64,000 nt of DNA from Squalus acanthias. Lineage: Eukaryota. A program made the position numbers and the translations under genes. The DNA lies in the NCBI GenBank assembly GCA_030390025.1, contig CM059431.1, positions 146,880,001 to 146,944,000 of the forward strand, read 5' to 3'. Each line of letters begins with the position of its first letter. Position 1 is the stretch's first letter. Under the pieces are notes generated by a model that was not told where the DNA came from, searched no databases, and was given only the letters and a program-made list of their open reading frames with translations. Shown piece after piece: positions 28,055 through 41,364 of this stretch.

Positions 28055-29890
28055 AAACATAGAAACAAAGAAGATAGGAGCAGGAGTAGGCCATTCAGCC
28101 GTTCGAGCCTGCTCCGCCATTCAATGAGATCATGGCTGATCACCCAAATTCACTACCCTGTCCCTGCCTTCTCCCCATATCCCTTGATCCCCTTAGCCTT
28201 AAGAAATATATCCAAATCCTTGTTGAATATATTTAATGAATTGGCCTCTACTGCCTTCTGTGGTAGAGAATTCCACAGGTTCACCACTCTCTGGGTGAAG
28301 AAATTCCTTCTCATCTCAGTCCTAAATGCCTTACCCCTTATCCTTAAACTGTGACCCCTGGTTCTGAACTCCCCGGCCATCGGGAACATCCTTCCTGCAT
28401 CTAGTCTGTCTAGTCCTGTTAGAATTTTATAAGTTTCAATGAGATCTCCTCTCATTCTTCTAAACTCCAGCGAGTATAAGCCCAATCGACCCAATCTCTC
28501 CTCATACGTCATTCCTGCCATCCCAGGTATCAGCCTGGTGAATCTTCGCTGCACTCCCTCCATGGCAAGAACATCCTTCCTCAGATAATGCGACAAAAAC
28601 TGCACACAATACTCAAGATGTGGTCTCAACAAGGCCCTGTACAACTGCAGCAAGACATCCTTGTTCCTGCACTCGAACCCTTTCGCTACGAAGGCCAACA
28701 TACCATTTCCCTTCTTAACCGCCTGCTGCACCTGCATGCTTACCTTCAGCGACTGGTGCACAAGGACACCCAGGTCTCGTTGCACTTCCCCTTCTCCCAA
28801 TCTATTGCCATTCAGATAATAACCTGCGTTTCTGTTTTTGGACACCAAAGTGAATAACCTCGCATTTATCCACATTATATTGCATCTCCCATGCTTCTGC
28901 CCAATCACACAACCTGTCCAAATCATACTGGAGTTTCTCGGCATCCTCCTCACGGCACACACTCCCACCCAGCTTTGTGTCGTCTGCAATTTTGGAGATA
29001 TTACATCCAATTCCCTCGTCTAGATCATTAATATATATTGTGACTAGCAGGGGTGCCAGGACCGATCCCTGCGGTACCACACTTGTCACTGCCTGCCACT
29101 CATAAAAAGACCCATTTATTCCAACTCTTTGCTATCTGTCTGCCAACCAGTTCTCTATCCAAGTCAATACCTTGCCCCCAATCCCATGTGCCTTAACTTT
29201 ACACGCTAATCTCTTATGCGGGATCTTATCGAAGGCCTTCTGAAAGTCCAAATACACCACAGCCACTGGTTCTCCCTTATCTATTTTACCAGTTACATAC
29301 TGAAAAAATTCCAGTATATTAGTCAAGCACGATTAACCTTTTGTAAATCCATGTTGACTTTGTCCGATCCTGTCACTGTTTTCCATGTGCTCTGCTATTA
29401 CATCTTTTATAATGGACTCTAGCATTTTCCCCACTACCGATGTCAGGCTTACCGGTCTATAATTCCGCGTTTTCTATCTACCGCCTTTTTTGAATAGTGG
29501 GGTAACATTAGCTATCCTCCAATCCATGGGTACTGTTCCAGAATCTATAGAATTTTGGAAGATGACCAGCAATGCATCTACTATTTCTAGGGCCACTTCC
29601 TTCAGTACCCTAGGATGTAGATTATCAGGCCCTGGGGATTTATCAGCCTTCAATCCCGTCAATTTCCCTCACACTATTTCCCTACAAATACTGATCTCTT
29701 TCAGTTCCTCCCTCTCATTAGACCCTATGTTCCCCGACATCTCTGGGAGGTTATTTGTGTCCTCCTTTTTGAAGACAGAACCAAAGTATGTATTTAATTG
29801 ATCAACCATTTCTTTGTTCCCCATTAGAAATTCCCCTGATTCTGACTGCAAGGGACCTACGCTTGACTTCACCAATCTTTTTCTCTTCAC
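28055..29890 (-). mobile_element. CR1 LINE, 5'-truncated and frameshifted ORF2
   Basis: KSPGPD, DWRIANVTPLFKKG, YLDFQKAFDK, IADDTK; AGAAACAT tail. Confidence 0.95.
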
Positions 29891-30060
29891 AGACCGCACC
29901 ATTTGCAGGAGAGCTGGTTCGCGGTGACATGACTTTATTTAAAAGGGTACTGATGTAAATCTGAAAATCAGCAGCCTGGGATTGTCGGTTCACTCGTGAT
30001 GAATTTGCAGAAAGAGAAATTGAGCATCTCGCTGAACAGTGTGTGTGCGGTGAAGCGCTG

Positions 30061-30127
30061 GTTTCCGGACTGGAGCGGTTTTCACCTTCGCCTCACGCGT
30101 GGAATGTCCTGGGCCCGGGCGGGAACA
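30061..30127 (+). pseudogene. Degenerate tRNA-Val(CAC)
   Basis: GTTTCCG...TCACCTTCGCCTCACGCG...CCGGGCGGGAACA; T loop deleted. Confidence 0.7.
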
Positions 30128-30422
30128 TTGTGTCAGAGAATATTATTGTCTGAGAAATTACCGGTCCTGTTAAGTTTAACAAAAGTTGCACCAGATTCCT
30201 GGTGTCAGAAGCAATGAAGATTTTAAACCAGGCTCCTGTTTGTGAAATGAGATGTGGGTCACAGTTCATCACAGAAAAATATTGAAGTATCGACTCTTGA
30301 TAAGTCAGCATTTCTTTCATTCTGCAAAAGAAGGTCATCATTTTATTAATGGGGAGTAAAACAATAGGCTTTTTTTCTCACAGCAGATGCATGAAAATAA
30401 TTGAATTAAAAGCTGCGCTTTA

Positions 30423-30494
30423 GCCTCTGACTGGGACTCGAACACAGGCTGTGACAATGAAATCACCGAATCCTAACTATTAGAACACCAAGAA
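30423..30494 (-). pseudogene. Degenerate tRNA-Glu(TTC)
   Basis: GGGACTCGAAC...TGAAATCACCGAATCCTAACTATTAGAACACCA matches reverse complement of tRNA-Glu. Confidence 0.65.
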
Positions 30495-30964
30495 AAAGTA
30501 ACTTAACATATTGCGATAATTTTATAAATAATTGGGTCTATCCATTTTGGATGCAAATTTATTTTGACGTGTTTTACATGACGCTGCTGGTTACACATGT
30601 TTCCCACGTACCTGTAATATGTATTCCTTTACTGGGGGGGCATCTTTCTTCATTCCAAATGTATTTTGTATATATTTATTTCTCAATATGGCACATTAAA
30701 TTACACACAAATATATTTATACATAAAACACAAACACACAAATGAAACAATGATAAATAACACAACAATACACACACATATGTTTATAACTATTACACAG
30801 GCACACCCAAGTACATTTAGAATGATCACAGATGCAATTATATATATTTATATTTTTATAATAGGATTTATCATGTTATAAAAATAAACTTTAAACTGAC
30901 CCACATATAACGCGTCGTACTCATCACATAAACACTAACTTTCAATATAAATATCACACACAGA

Positions 30965-31428
30965 GGGGAGGCTTGTTAAGAAGATGGAAGCCCATGGAGG
31001 TAAGGGGAAAGTGATGGTATGGATACAGAATTGGCTCAGTGACAGGAAGTAAAGGGTGGTGATCGATTGGTGTTTTTCACACAGTGAGATGGTTTCCAGT
31101 GGTGTTCCCCAAGGGTCGGTTTTGGGTCCTTTACTCCTTGCAACTTTTATAAACGGACTTGACTCGAGCAGCATTATAAGGTTTGCAAATTTCACGAAAT
31201 TGGCACCTTAATAGATAATGATGAGGATAGTTGTCGACTTCAGGATGACACAGACAGGAGGGTGAAATGGACAGAAGCATGGCAGATGGAGGTCAATGCG
31301 AAGAAGAGTGAAGTGATGCACTTTGGGAGGACTAATATGGAAATACAGCACGGCTGCTCTTTCTAAGCCAGCACAGGCAGGACGGGCCGAATGACCTCCT
31401 GCTGTGCTGTGAGTTTCTATGATTCTAT
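30965..31428 (+). mobile_element. CR1 fragments (RT piece joined to a 3' tail)
   Basis: GGTGTTCCCCAAGGGTCGGTTTTGGGTCC; ttctatgattcta tail. Confidence 0.75.
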
Positions 31429-31575
31429 ATACACACCCACAGTTTATATTTTCACACGGCCTTGTTTGTAGTTCTAACTACTGTCTACACGCCGCAAGTT
31501 TAATTGTTTTTCGGAAACTGCTCTAGCTGTTGTGTATTCTGAGCAGTTTGCTGCTTTATTTCTGCGCGCTGCCAT

Positions 31576-31647
31576 GAACTCGTGGAGCAACGGTAGCGCG
31601 TCTGACTCCAGATCAGAAGGCTGCGTGTTCAAATCACGTCGGGGTCA
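31576..31647 (+). tRNA. TRW-CCA: tRNA-Trp(CCA), near-intact with two stem substitutions
   Basis: 72-nt match to vertebrate Trp-CCA; CTCCAGA loop; B box GTTCAAATC; T run downstream. Confidence 0.85.
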
Positions 31648-32026
31648 GAGCTCTTTTTAGCGTTGATTGGAGTCTGGATAATTCCGTAAACAATATTTTC
31701 TATGCTTTTTCACAATAAACAGAACCTTGCTGTAAAGTGTGTCTCACTAGTTCCCCAGTGGCAGGGAGAGAATGCCAGATGCCCTCGTTTATTTACTGTA
31801 ACAAACTCACACCTCCGTTTTCACATCTGAGGCCGCTGTAAAAGAGCGTGTCCTTTGTGGGAGGGAGACTGTTCTTGAAGTGAAGCCGGTGGGGGGCAGT
31901 CAGTCTGCGTTTGTGAGAGAAATGCGCTGTGCAGGTGGGATTACTGGAGAAGCAAATGCAATTGGTTGAGTGTGTAAAGCAGTACGTGAGCCAATTAAAT
32001 TCGTTGTATGGCCCACCGCCAATCGA

Positions 32027-32099
32027 GAGCGGATAGCTCAGTCGGCAGCGCATCAGACTTTTAAGCTGAGGATCCAGGGTACAAGTTCCTGTTCGAGCG
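32027..32099 (+). pseudogene. Degenerate tRNA-Lys(TTT)
   Basis: GGATAGCTCAGTCGG..CATCAGACTTTTAA..CCTGTTCGAGCG; B box mutated. Confidence 0.85.
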
Positions 32100-32169
32100 T
32101 CTTTTTTAATCGCGATTCTCATCTCCACTTGCGTCCAACACCTTGAAACACGATCATTTCACGCTCATT

Positions 32170-32690
32170 ACAGGAACAGGAGTGAGCCATTTACCCCCTC
32201 GAGCCTGTTCCGCCATTTAATGAGATCATGTGTGATCTGTGACTCAGCTCCGTTTATATCCCTTTTCCCGATATCCCGGAGGTTATCAAAAAACGATCAA
32301 TCTCATGTTTAAAATTAGCAATTGACTCAGCATCAACTGCAGATTGCGGAAGTGAGTTACAAATTTCTACCACCCATTGCATGTAGAAGTGTTTCCTAAC
32401 TTCACTCCTGAAAGGTCTGGCTCTATTTTTTACACTCTGCCCCCTCGTCCTAGACTCGCCAACCATCGGAAATAGTTTCTCTCTATCTACCCTATCAGTT
32501 CGCTTTAATATCTTGAATACTTCAATCAAATCACCCCTTAAGCTTTTAAATTCCATGTAATATAACCCTAGTATGAGTAATCTCTCCTCGTAATTTAACC
32601 GTTGGAGTCTATGTATCATTCTGGTAAATCTAGGCAGCACTCCCTCCAAGGCTAATAATCCCTTCCTAAGGTGTGGTGACCACAACTGAA
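32170..32690 (-). mobile_element. CR1 LINE 3' fragment
   Basis: ORF 32254-32685 WSPHLRKG...[12 protein letters not shown]. Confidence 0.85.
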
Positions 32691-32699
32691 CACATTAAA

Positions 32700-35318
32700 C
32701 CACATCCTTCGCCTCGTCCGGCGCTTTAACAAATCTATTCAGCAGCAGTGACTCACTCTATCTCAAAGCTGTCCTGGTCAGCAGTTCCATTTCATCCTAC
32801 GCCTCATCCGGCGCTTTAACAACAAACTTGTTTTCTTCCTTTCAGGTGTCAAGGATAGCAAGCTTCAATAACTCTTGGACAACAGCACCCCCTCCGGAAC
32901 ATTCTTCCCCTTGACGTTCCTCTGACCCCATCCCTTCTTCCAATCTCACCCCCTGCCGTGTTTTCACTATCCCCTCTGACCTTCCCCTCTCTGACCCCGA
33001 ACGATCAGTTCTTACCAATGGCCTGAGCTTCATCCCCTTACGCATCCATCTCAATAAATTTCGAGCTCGGCACGATGCTGAGCTCTTTTTCCACCGCCTT
33101 CATCTCCATGCCCACTTCTTTGGCCAGGAGTCTTCCCCCCGCACGGCTGACCCTTTCTCCGGCTTTCAGAATTCTCATTCTACCTGGACTCCTCCCTCTG
33201 GCCTCTTACCCTCTCTAGATCTTTTCATTGCAAACTGCCGCCGTGACATCGGCCGTCTCCATTTCTCTGCTCCCCTCACACACTCCAACCTACCTCCCTC
33301 TGAATTTGCAGCACTCCATTCTTTCAGATCCAACCTCAACATTGTCATTAAACCTGCTGAAAAGGGTCATGCTGTTGTTGTTTGGCGAACCGAGCTCTAC
33401 CTAGCGGAGGCTGGACGCCAACTCTCCGAGACCTCCTCCTAATTCCGCCTGGATGACGACCCCACTACCGAACATCAAGTCACCATTTCCAAGACTGTCA
33501 CTGACCTCTTCTCCTCTGGAGATCTTCCCTCCACGGCCGCCAATCTCATAGTGCCCCAACCCCGTACAGCCCGCTTCTACCTCCTTCCCAAGATTCACAA
33601 ACAGGACTGCCCCGGTAGACCCAACTTTTCAGTCTGTTCTTGTCCCAAGGAACTTATCTCTTCCTATCTCGGCTCTACTTTTTCTCCCCTTTTCCAGCCT
33701 CTTCCCACCAACATCCGCGACTCTTCCGACGCTCTCCGCCACTTTAACAGTTTCCAGTTTCCTGGCCCCAACCTTTCCTTTTCACTATGGACGTCCAATC
33801 CCTATACACCTCCGATCCCCACCAGGATGACCTGAGGGCGCTGCGCTACTTCCTTGAAAAGAGGCCCAACCAGTCCCCATCCACCACCACCCTCCTCCGC
33901 CTGGCTGAACTTGTTCTCACATTGAACAACTTCTCCTTTGACTCCACTCACTTCCTCCAGAATAAAGGTGTTGCTACGGGAGCCCGCATGGATCCCAGCT
34001 ATGCCTGCCTTTTCGTGGGATATGTGGAATATTCTTTTTTCCAGTCCTATTCAGGTCCCCCCCTCACCTCTTTTTCCGTTACGTTGATGACTGTATCGGT
34101 GCTGTTACCTGCTCTCGCCCTGAACTAGAAAATTTCATTCACTTTGCTTCCAATTTCCACCCTTCCCTCACCTTCACATGGTCCATCTCCGACTCTTCCC
34201 TTCTCTTCCTCGATTTCTCTGTCTCCATCCCTGTGGATAGGCTATTGACAAACATTTTATACAAGCCCACTGACTCCCACAGCTAACTTGACTACACTTC
34301 CTCACATCCCGCTTCCTGTAAGGACTCTACTCCATTCTTCCAGTTTCCCCGTCTCCGACGTATCTGCTCTGACGATGCCACCTTCCATACTTGTGCTTCC
34401 GACTTGTCTTCATTTTTCCGTAGCCGAGGATTCCCCTCTACTGTGGTTAACATGGCTCTTGACCGTGTCCATTCTATTTCCCGCACTTCTGCTCTCACCC
34501 CTTCCCCTCCCTCCCGGAAACACGATAGGGTTCCCCTTGTCCTCATCTTTCACCCACCAGAATTCACAGTCAACGGATCATGCTCCGCCATTTCCACCAC
34601 CTCCAGCATGATCCAACCACCAAAAACATCTTCCTCTCACCTGCCCTTTCAGCATTCCGAAGGCACCGCTTCCACCGCGACACCCAGATCCACCCCTCAA
34701 TCACCCACAACACCCCTTCCCCTTCGCCCGGTACCTTTGCATGTGAGTGCAGCAGATGCAACACCTGCCCTTTTACCTCCACCCTTCCCACTGTCCAGGG
34801 CCCCAAACACTCCTTCCAGGAGAAACAGCTATTTACTTGTACTTCTTGCAATTTACTATACTGTATTCGCTGCTCACGATGCGGTCTCATCTACGTTGGG
34901 AAAACCAAACGCAATTCGGGTGACTGCTTTGCGGAACACCTCCGTTCAGTCAGTAAGTTTGACCCCGAGCTTCCCGTCGTCTGTCACTTTAATTCTCCGC
35001 TCCAGTCCAACTCAGACTTCACCGTCCTCGGTCTTTAACACTGTTCCAATGAAGCTCGATGAACAGCACCTCATCTTTCGATTAGGCAATTTACAGCCTT
35101 CTTGACTCAACATAGAATTCAACAATTTCAGACCATAAACTCTGCCCGTATCCTTTTCTTTCCATTTTTTTTATTATGTTATTTTTTTTTCTCTCCTACA
35201 TGGCAGCTGTCTTTCATTCTGACAGTACCATTTACACTTCATCCAGAGCCGTCTTTTGTTTCTTATCTTGTCCCATTACCACCTCCTTTTGACTTGCACC
35301 ATCTCTTAATCACTCTTA
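32700..35318 (+). mobile_element. Penelope-like retroelement copy 2, frameshifted
   Basis: Colinear with copy 1; FRYVDD at about 34075-34092; LLYCIRCSRCGLIYVG. Confidence 0.92.
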
Positions 35319-35319
35319 C

Positions 35320-35712
35320 ATAGATACATAAAAGATTGGGGCAGGAGTAAGCCATTTGGCCCCTCGAGCCTGCTCCGCCATTCGATGAGATCATGGCTGA
35401 TCATCCAAACTCAGTACCCTGTACCTGCCTTCTCCCCATATCCCTTGATACCTTTAGCTTTAAGAAATATATCTCACTCCTTCTTGAATATATTTAATGA
35501 CCTGGCCTCAGCTACCTTCTGTGGTAGAGAATTCCACAGGTTCACCACTCTCTGGGTGAAGAAATTCTTCCTCATTTCTGTCCTAAATGGCTTACCCCTT
35601 ATCCTTAGATTATGACCCCTGGTTCTGGACTGTCCGACCATCGGGAACATTCTTCCTGCATCTAGTTCGTCCATACCTGTCAGAATTTTATATGTTTCGA
35701 TGAGATCCCCTC
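35320..35712 (-). mobile_element. CR1 LINE 3' fragment
   Basis: FFTQRVVNLWNSLP. Confidence 0.9.
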
Positions 35713-35714
35713 TT

Positions 35715-36897
35715 GGGATGATGGGACCTAAGTGAAGTGATTTGATGTAAAAACCTCAGTCTTGGCCATTTTAAAGATCAGGGAAGAAAAGCCCTGAGAA
35801 AAATGACTTTTGAATTTTACTGTTGGGAGAGACACCTTTCACAGACACAAGACAGGCTGCGGAGGGGCGTGGCCAGGCAGTGGACAGCTTTGGGTATTGG
35901 GGCACACTCAAGCTGTCTGGGAATTGTTTACTCTGCAATCCTACTAAGGAGGAAGAGACAAACCAAAAGCCTCACACACACATCGAAATATGAATAATCC
36001 AAGACCCCCTTTTGAAATTCCCAGCCCCAAACAGGATACCAGAAGTCTGAAATCAATAAAACATTTAGTACTTCATCAAAAGCCAATCAACCAGGTATCC
36101 ACAGGACAGATTTAAAAGCCCGCCAAAATCCCTAGGACAATAGGGTTGAGATTTGGCGCGTAGATAAGGCTGTGTTTAAATCGGAAAACGATCAAGAATT
36201 GTTTAACACTGAGCTAAAGCCATCGGAACTGGCAAGCCCGCCAAAACTAGACAATGGACATTGCAAGGCTCATTTGTAACCTAAAGGAAACGTTTTAGTA
36301 TGGGGTTTTTGGGAGCGATAAAAAGACAGTAGAATTGAGAGCCTGTCCCAAAAATTCTTTCTCTTTTGGACTCGCTGACTACGCTGACACAACTCTCTCC
36401 CTGCTCCAGCAAAACCACTACAAGCCACGAGGAGGAAGGCCAGCAAACAGACCAGCACACAAGAAGAAACCAGAGCGACTGCCTCAGTGACCATCGGACG
36501 CCTCGCAGCAACAAGGGCCTTACGAAATCTTTTAAACAAAATACTCTAAAATCCTGCCAAGGATTCGTTGGTGAGCATCCCTGATCTACTGAAACCAAAA
36601 ACCTAGCTAGACAGTGGGATCTTTGGGAGGGATAAGGTTTTTGTTTGGTATATTGTCATTCTCCCTCGTCTGTACCGTGTGCTCCCCAATCTGTGTTTAA
36701 GTATTAAGTGTGTTTTAAGTTTGTTACCTTTTTCTTTTAATAAAGTAAAAATTCTTTCATCAGTACCTGTTGTCTACTGCACTTTTGTTCGCAACCCCTA
36801 AATAAGTCCAAAGTCTAGGAACCAGAGGGGTGTGGGAGCGATTCGAACCGATCACTGAGTCAGAAAGTGAAGGCTGACCCCATTACCACCCCCTACA
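35715..36897 (+). mobile_element. Possible solo LTR
   Basis: Non-coding block between repeats; internal AAGCCCGCCAAAA duplication; AATAAA about 36739; ends ...CCCCTACA; no TSD seen. Confidence 0.3.
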
Positions 36898-37460
36898 CAT
36901 CAAACTCTCCCAGGGCAGGTACAGCACGGGTTAGATACAGAGTAAAGCTTAATCTACACTCTCCCCTCAAGCACTCCAATGGCAGGTACAGGACGGGTTA
37001 GATAGAGTAAAGTTCACTCTACACTTTCCCATCAAACACTCCCATGGAAGATACAGCACGTGTTAGATACAGAGTAAAGCTTAATCTACAATCTCCCATC
37101 AAGCACTCCAATGGCAAGTACAGCAATGTTTAGATACAGAGTAAAGTTCACTCTACATTTTCCCATCAAACACTTCCAGAGCAGGTACAGGACGGCTTAG
37201 ATACAGAGTAAAGCTTCATTTCTATTGTCCCGTCACTGACGAACAGGGCAGGTACGGCAGGGGCTCAATAAAGTGTAGATCTCGCTGTATTTTGGTTCAG
37301 CATGCACAGCCAACTCAGTTACAGCATGTGCTCAATGCAGTGTAAACCTCCTCTGACACTTTCCAATGAAGCAAATCAACTCAGGTACAGCACGGTACGG
37401 TTACAGGATAAAATCCCTTGTACATGTAATTTTGAAGCACTCCCACTTGAGGTATAGAAA
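36897..37460. repeat. About 67-bp tandem repeat (CCCATCAAACACTCCCAGGGCAGGTACAGCACGGGTTAGATACAGAGTAAAGCT...)
   Basis: Recurrent TTAGATACAGAGTAAAG; decays rightwards. Confidence 0.9.
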
Positions 37461-38599
37461 AGGTTCACACACGAGTGAATCTCCAGTCAAATTACCGCAT
37501 CAAAGGCCGAGCCTTACTGTAAATGTTGACCAGCTGCTGATGCCGGGTTCGACTCTCACCTCGGCAAAATCCTGGACTGATTCGATTCTCGGGAAAGTTC
37601 TTCATCCTTCCAATCATTGCTGAAGCTTTCTGTTTTATCCTGTCTTTGACACGGAGATCCTGGTACTTCCAGATCTGATCTGTGAACCCAGTGGCATTTC
37701 TCCGGTCCCAGTTAATGTGGTGATGATTAGACTTCGCTCTCTCTCCACCGTCCTCAGTTACAGCAGACTCCAAGAAACTACCAACTTTAAAAATGATTCA
37801 TGTTAATTCTATAAACTATAATCGGCAAACAATCGAACTAATTTTGCAACAATCAATATATTTAATTTGAATATATTTACAATTAATGACAATTGGCTGA
37901 ATTCCTTACTTTAATATTAAATTGTTCTTTTCTCTCCTTGCCCCTATTTATAGGGTCTTTATTCTCTCACAATATCTGCTGCCAAATCCAGCTCCGTCCA
38001 CAGTGACGCACCACTGATGGGGCGTAACCAGGGGCCGTAACTTGTCTCCAGGTGACATCACAAAGGAGGCAGGAGCCAATCATACAGCAGCCAGTAACAA
38101 TGTCACAAAGCAGCCGGAGCTCGGCGCAGTTGAGGTTTCACAGGGTCACATGACCATGCTCTGCTCCTTGTGTGCAGTCTCATTGGGGATGAACACATGT
38201 TGTACATTAAGTCCTGATCCGACCCCTTCCCACGTACTGAGACCCCAGGCATGGAGCAAAACCGCGCAAAATTGCCCCTTATGAATTCTCTGTCCCATCC
38301 TCCAAATATGAGGTCCCACTATTCAATGCCAAAAATTTCCACCTTTTGATTTATACACCCCTAACACTCCCTCACATAATATCAAGCACTGCGTCGCCCT
38401 CCTGTCTCGACAGTGAAATGCAGTTTGAGGTAATGGTGCTTGGATGAAGATGTAACAACCTCCTCTGTGTTCTGCAACTACACTGTTTCCTGTAACAGGA
38501 ATGGGCGCCAGAGGCACATTGTAGGGATCATCAGGGCTATCAATGGGTGGGGTCATCTGAGCAATAATTGGAGGGGAATTCATGGGCAATAATAGTTAA

Positions 38600-39250
38600 A
38601 ACTTCGTCTACACTGTCCTATCAAACACTTGCAGTTCACGTATGAAACGACAGACATGAAGATTGAATCAACCGCTACACCGTCCCATCAAACACTCCCA
38701 GGTCAGGAACAGCATGGCTTACATACAGTGTAAAACATATTTAAAGCGCCCATAAAACACTCCCACTTCAAGTCAAGCACGAGATATATACTGAGTAAAG
38801 ATCCGTCTAAATTGTCCCATCAAACACTCCCAGGTTAGGTACAGTATGGGTTAAATACAGAGTAAAGCTCTTTCTGCATTTTTCCATCAAACACACCCAG
38901 GTTAGATACAGTACGGGCTAGATACAGAGTAAAGCTCCCTCTAGACTATCTCATAAAACTCTCCCAGCTCAGGAACAGCACGGTTCAGATACAGAGCAAA
39001 GCTCCCTCTACACTGTCCCATCTGAAACTCCCAGTGCAGGTGTTAGATACAGTGATAAGCTCACTGTATAGTCGGTCATCAAGCATAGTGAATTCAGCTA
39101 AGGCATGGGGCCGATGCACGTACAAGTTCTCTGAAACTACCCAATCAAGCTCACCATCTCACGTACAGCATGTTATGAATACAGGACATAAATCTATGTA
39201 CATGTAAGCATGACGCACCCCCAGATTAGGTATGGGCGAGCTTTACATCC
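38600..39250. repeat. Second array of the 67-bp repeat
   Basis: Same unit as 36897-37460. Confidence 0.9.
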
Positions 39251-39869
39251 CAGTGAATCCCCAGTCAAATTGCCTCATCAAATGCTGAGTCTTTTGCCAG
39301 AAATTAAACGGCCCCCAATAGCTGGTTAGACTCTCACCTTGAAAAAATCCTGTACTGTTGGGATTCTCAGTGGAGCTCCTGGCCTATCCAATCATGATGA
39401 AACTTCCTGTATCATCCTGTTTTGTTCAATGTGAGTGTTGGTCCCACCAGATCTGCTCTGTGAAATCAGCGACCTTTGTCTAGTCCCAGTTAGTGTAGTG
39501 CTGATTCGATTTTGCTCTCCCCACCTTACTGAGATAAAGCTCACTTCACGAATCTTTTAATATAAAAATGACACATATTAATTCTAGAATCTGTTACTTG
39601 AAGGGAATGGGACTGATTTTGCGAGTATGAATAATTTTAATTTGAACCAATTTACAATTAATTACATTTGCTTGAAGTACTCTTTTTGCAGACTGAACTC
39701 ACTCACAATGTACGTTGCCAGCTCCAGCTCCGCCCAAAATAATATCCCACTGATGCTGTTTAACCAGTGCTGAAAACCTGTCTCCAGGTGACATCACAGA
39801 GGAGCCAGAAGCCAATCACAGAGCAGCCAAGACAAATGTCACACAGCAGCCGGACCCTCCCACACTCGA

Positions 39870-40582
39870 GGTTGTACTTTTGGAATTTAGTAAACTGTAT
39901 TCGCTGCTCAGGATGTGGTGTCCTCTACACTGGGGAAACCAAACGCGGATTGGGTGATCGCTTTGCGGAACACCTCGTTTCAGTCCGTAAGTGTGACCCC
40001 GAGCTTCCGGTTGCCTACCAGTTTAATTCTCCGCTCCACTCCCACTCTGATCTCTCCGTCCTCGGCTTCTTACACTGTCCGAACGAAGCTCAACGTAAGC
40101 TCAAGGAACAGCACCTCATCTTTAGATTAGGCACTTTACAGACTTCTGGACTCAATATCGAGTTCAACAATTTCAGATCATAACCTCGGACCCGATTTTC
40201 TTTCTCTCACAAGGTAGCTGTTTGTGATTCTGCCATTGCCATTGACACCTCATCTAGACTCATCTTTCGTTTCTTAACTTGTCCCATTACCATCTCCTCT
40301 CGCCTTGCACCATCATCCCTTGAGTCATTTAATCTATCCTGTCTTCCATCCTATCACAGACCTCCCCTTTTGTTCTTTCCTCCCCTCCTCCCTTTCCCTG
40401 CCCCTACACTTGCTTAAAAATCTGTTATATCTCCAACATTTTCCAGTTCTGACGAAGGGGCATCGACCTGAAACGTTAACAGTGTTTCTCTCTCTCTACA
40501 GATGCTGCCTGACCTGCTGAGTGTTTCCAGCATTTTCTGTTTATATTTCAGATTTCCAGCATCCGCAGTGTTTTGTTTTTGT
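39870..40582 (+). mobile_element. Penelope-like 3' fragment (GIY-YIG plus terminus)
   Basis: NLVNCIRCSGCGVLYTGETKR...EQHLIFRLGTLQTSGLN. Confidence 0.9.
40445..40481 (+). ncRNA. Minimal hammerhead ribozyme motif
   Basis: AGTT-CTGACGA-aggggcatcgacct-GAAACGTT-AAC. Confidence 0.6.
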
Positions 40583-41364
40583 ATCAGAATAGTGGAAGAA
40601 TCCGCTCCCCATCCGAGGGAGGTCATTGGTGTGAGACCCCGGTAGCAGCCAAGCTTGCACCGCCTAGAGTCCCAAGTACACGGATGACCTGTTGTAGATT
40701 CAGTACCTTTTATAAACTCATTTAGAAACAATTTAACTGGACTTCGAGACGAGATCGCTATTGACTGTAAAATAACGGATGATTCCAGTTCTATCGCTGC
40801 AGACTGCCCCAGTGATTTATTATTCAACTGAAATTGCAGAATTCTGGGATTTGAAATGCTTTCCGAACGTTTACATTGTGTTTATTTTACAAGTGTTTAT
40901 CAAGGCTGAGTTGGAATCAGTTCAGCAGAGATGCAAAGAAAGATCTGAGCTCGCTGCCTGAATCCAGCCCCGGGCTGGCCGTGTTCATCTGGTTCCAGAC
41001 TGAAGGAGCGCTCCAGTGATGCGATTAGCATTGAGCGCACAAACTGCGCGCTTTGTATTGGGAGTTAGTGAGAGTTAGTCAGCGCTTGCACAATAATTTG
41101 ATATAGGAAAGTTGTTAGCTTGAATTTCACTGTAAAGTGACTCAGCAGGACTGCAATACTTGTGTTCACGGTGAGTGGACGTACTATCTACGGCCAAATT
41201 GGTTGAAAATACAGCAGAAGATAGTGAATTTGTTTTTCTAACGAGATGCTTTGCAATTAGTGTTTCACACTATTCTCAATACAATAGAAATGCTGCCTGG
41301 AGGAGTCCATGTTCCATGTTTTAGTGGAGTGTGAGAGGTTGCAGTCCCTCTTCCATTATTTGAA

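Noticed and set aside
36897..37460. 67-bp repeat as a dimer of the 34-bp satellite
   Set aside because: Lengths fit, but sequence similarity is limited to short motifs
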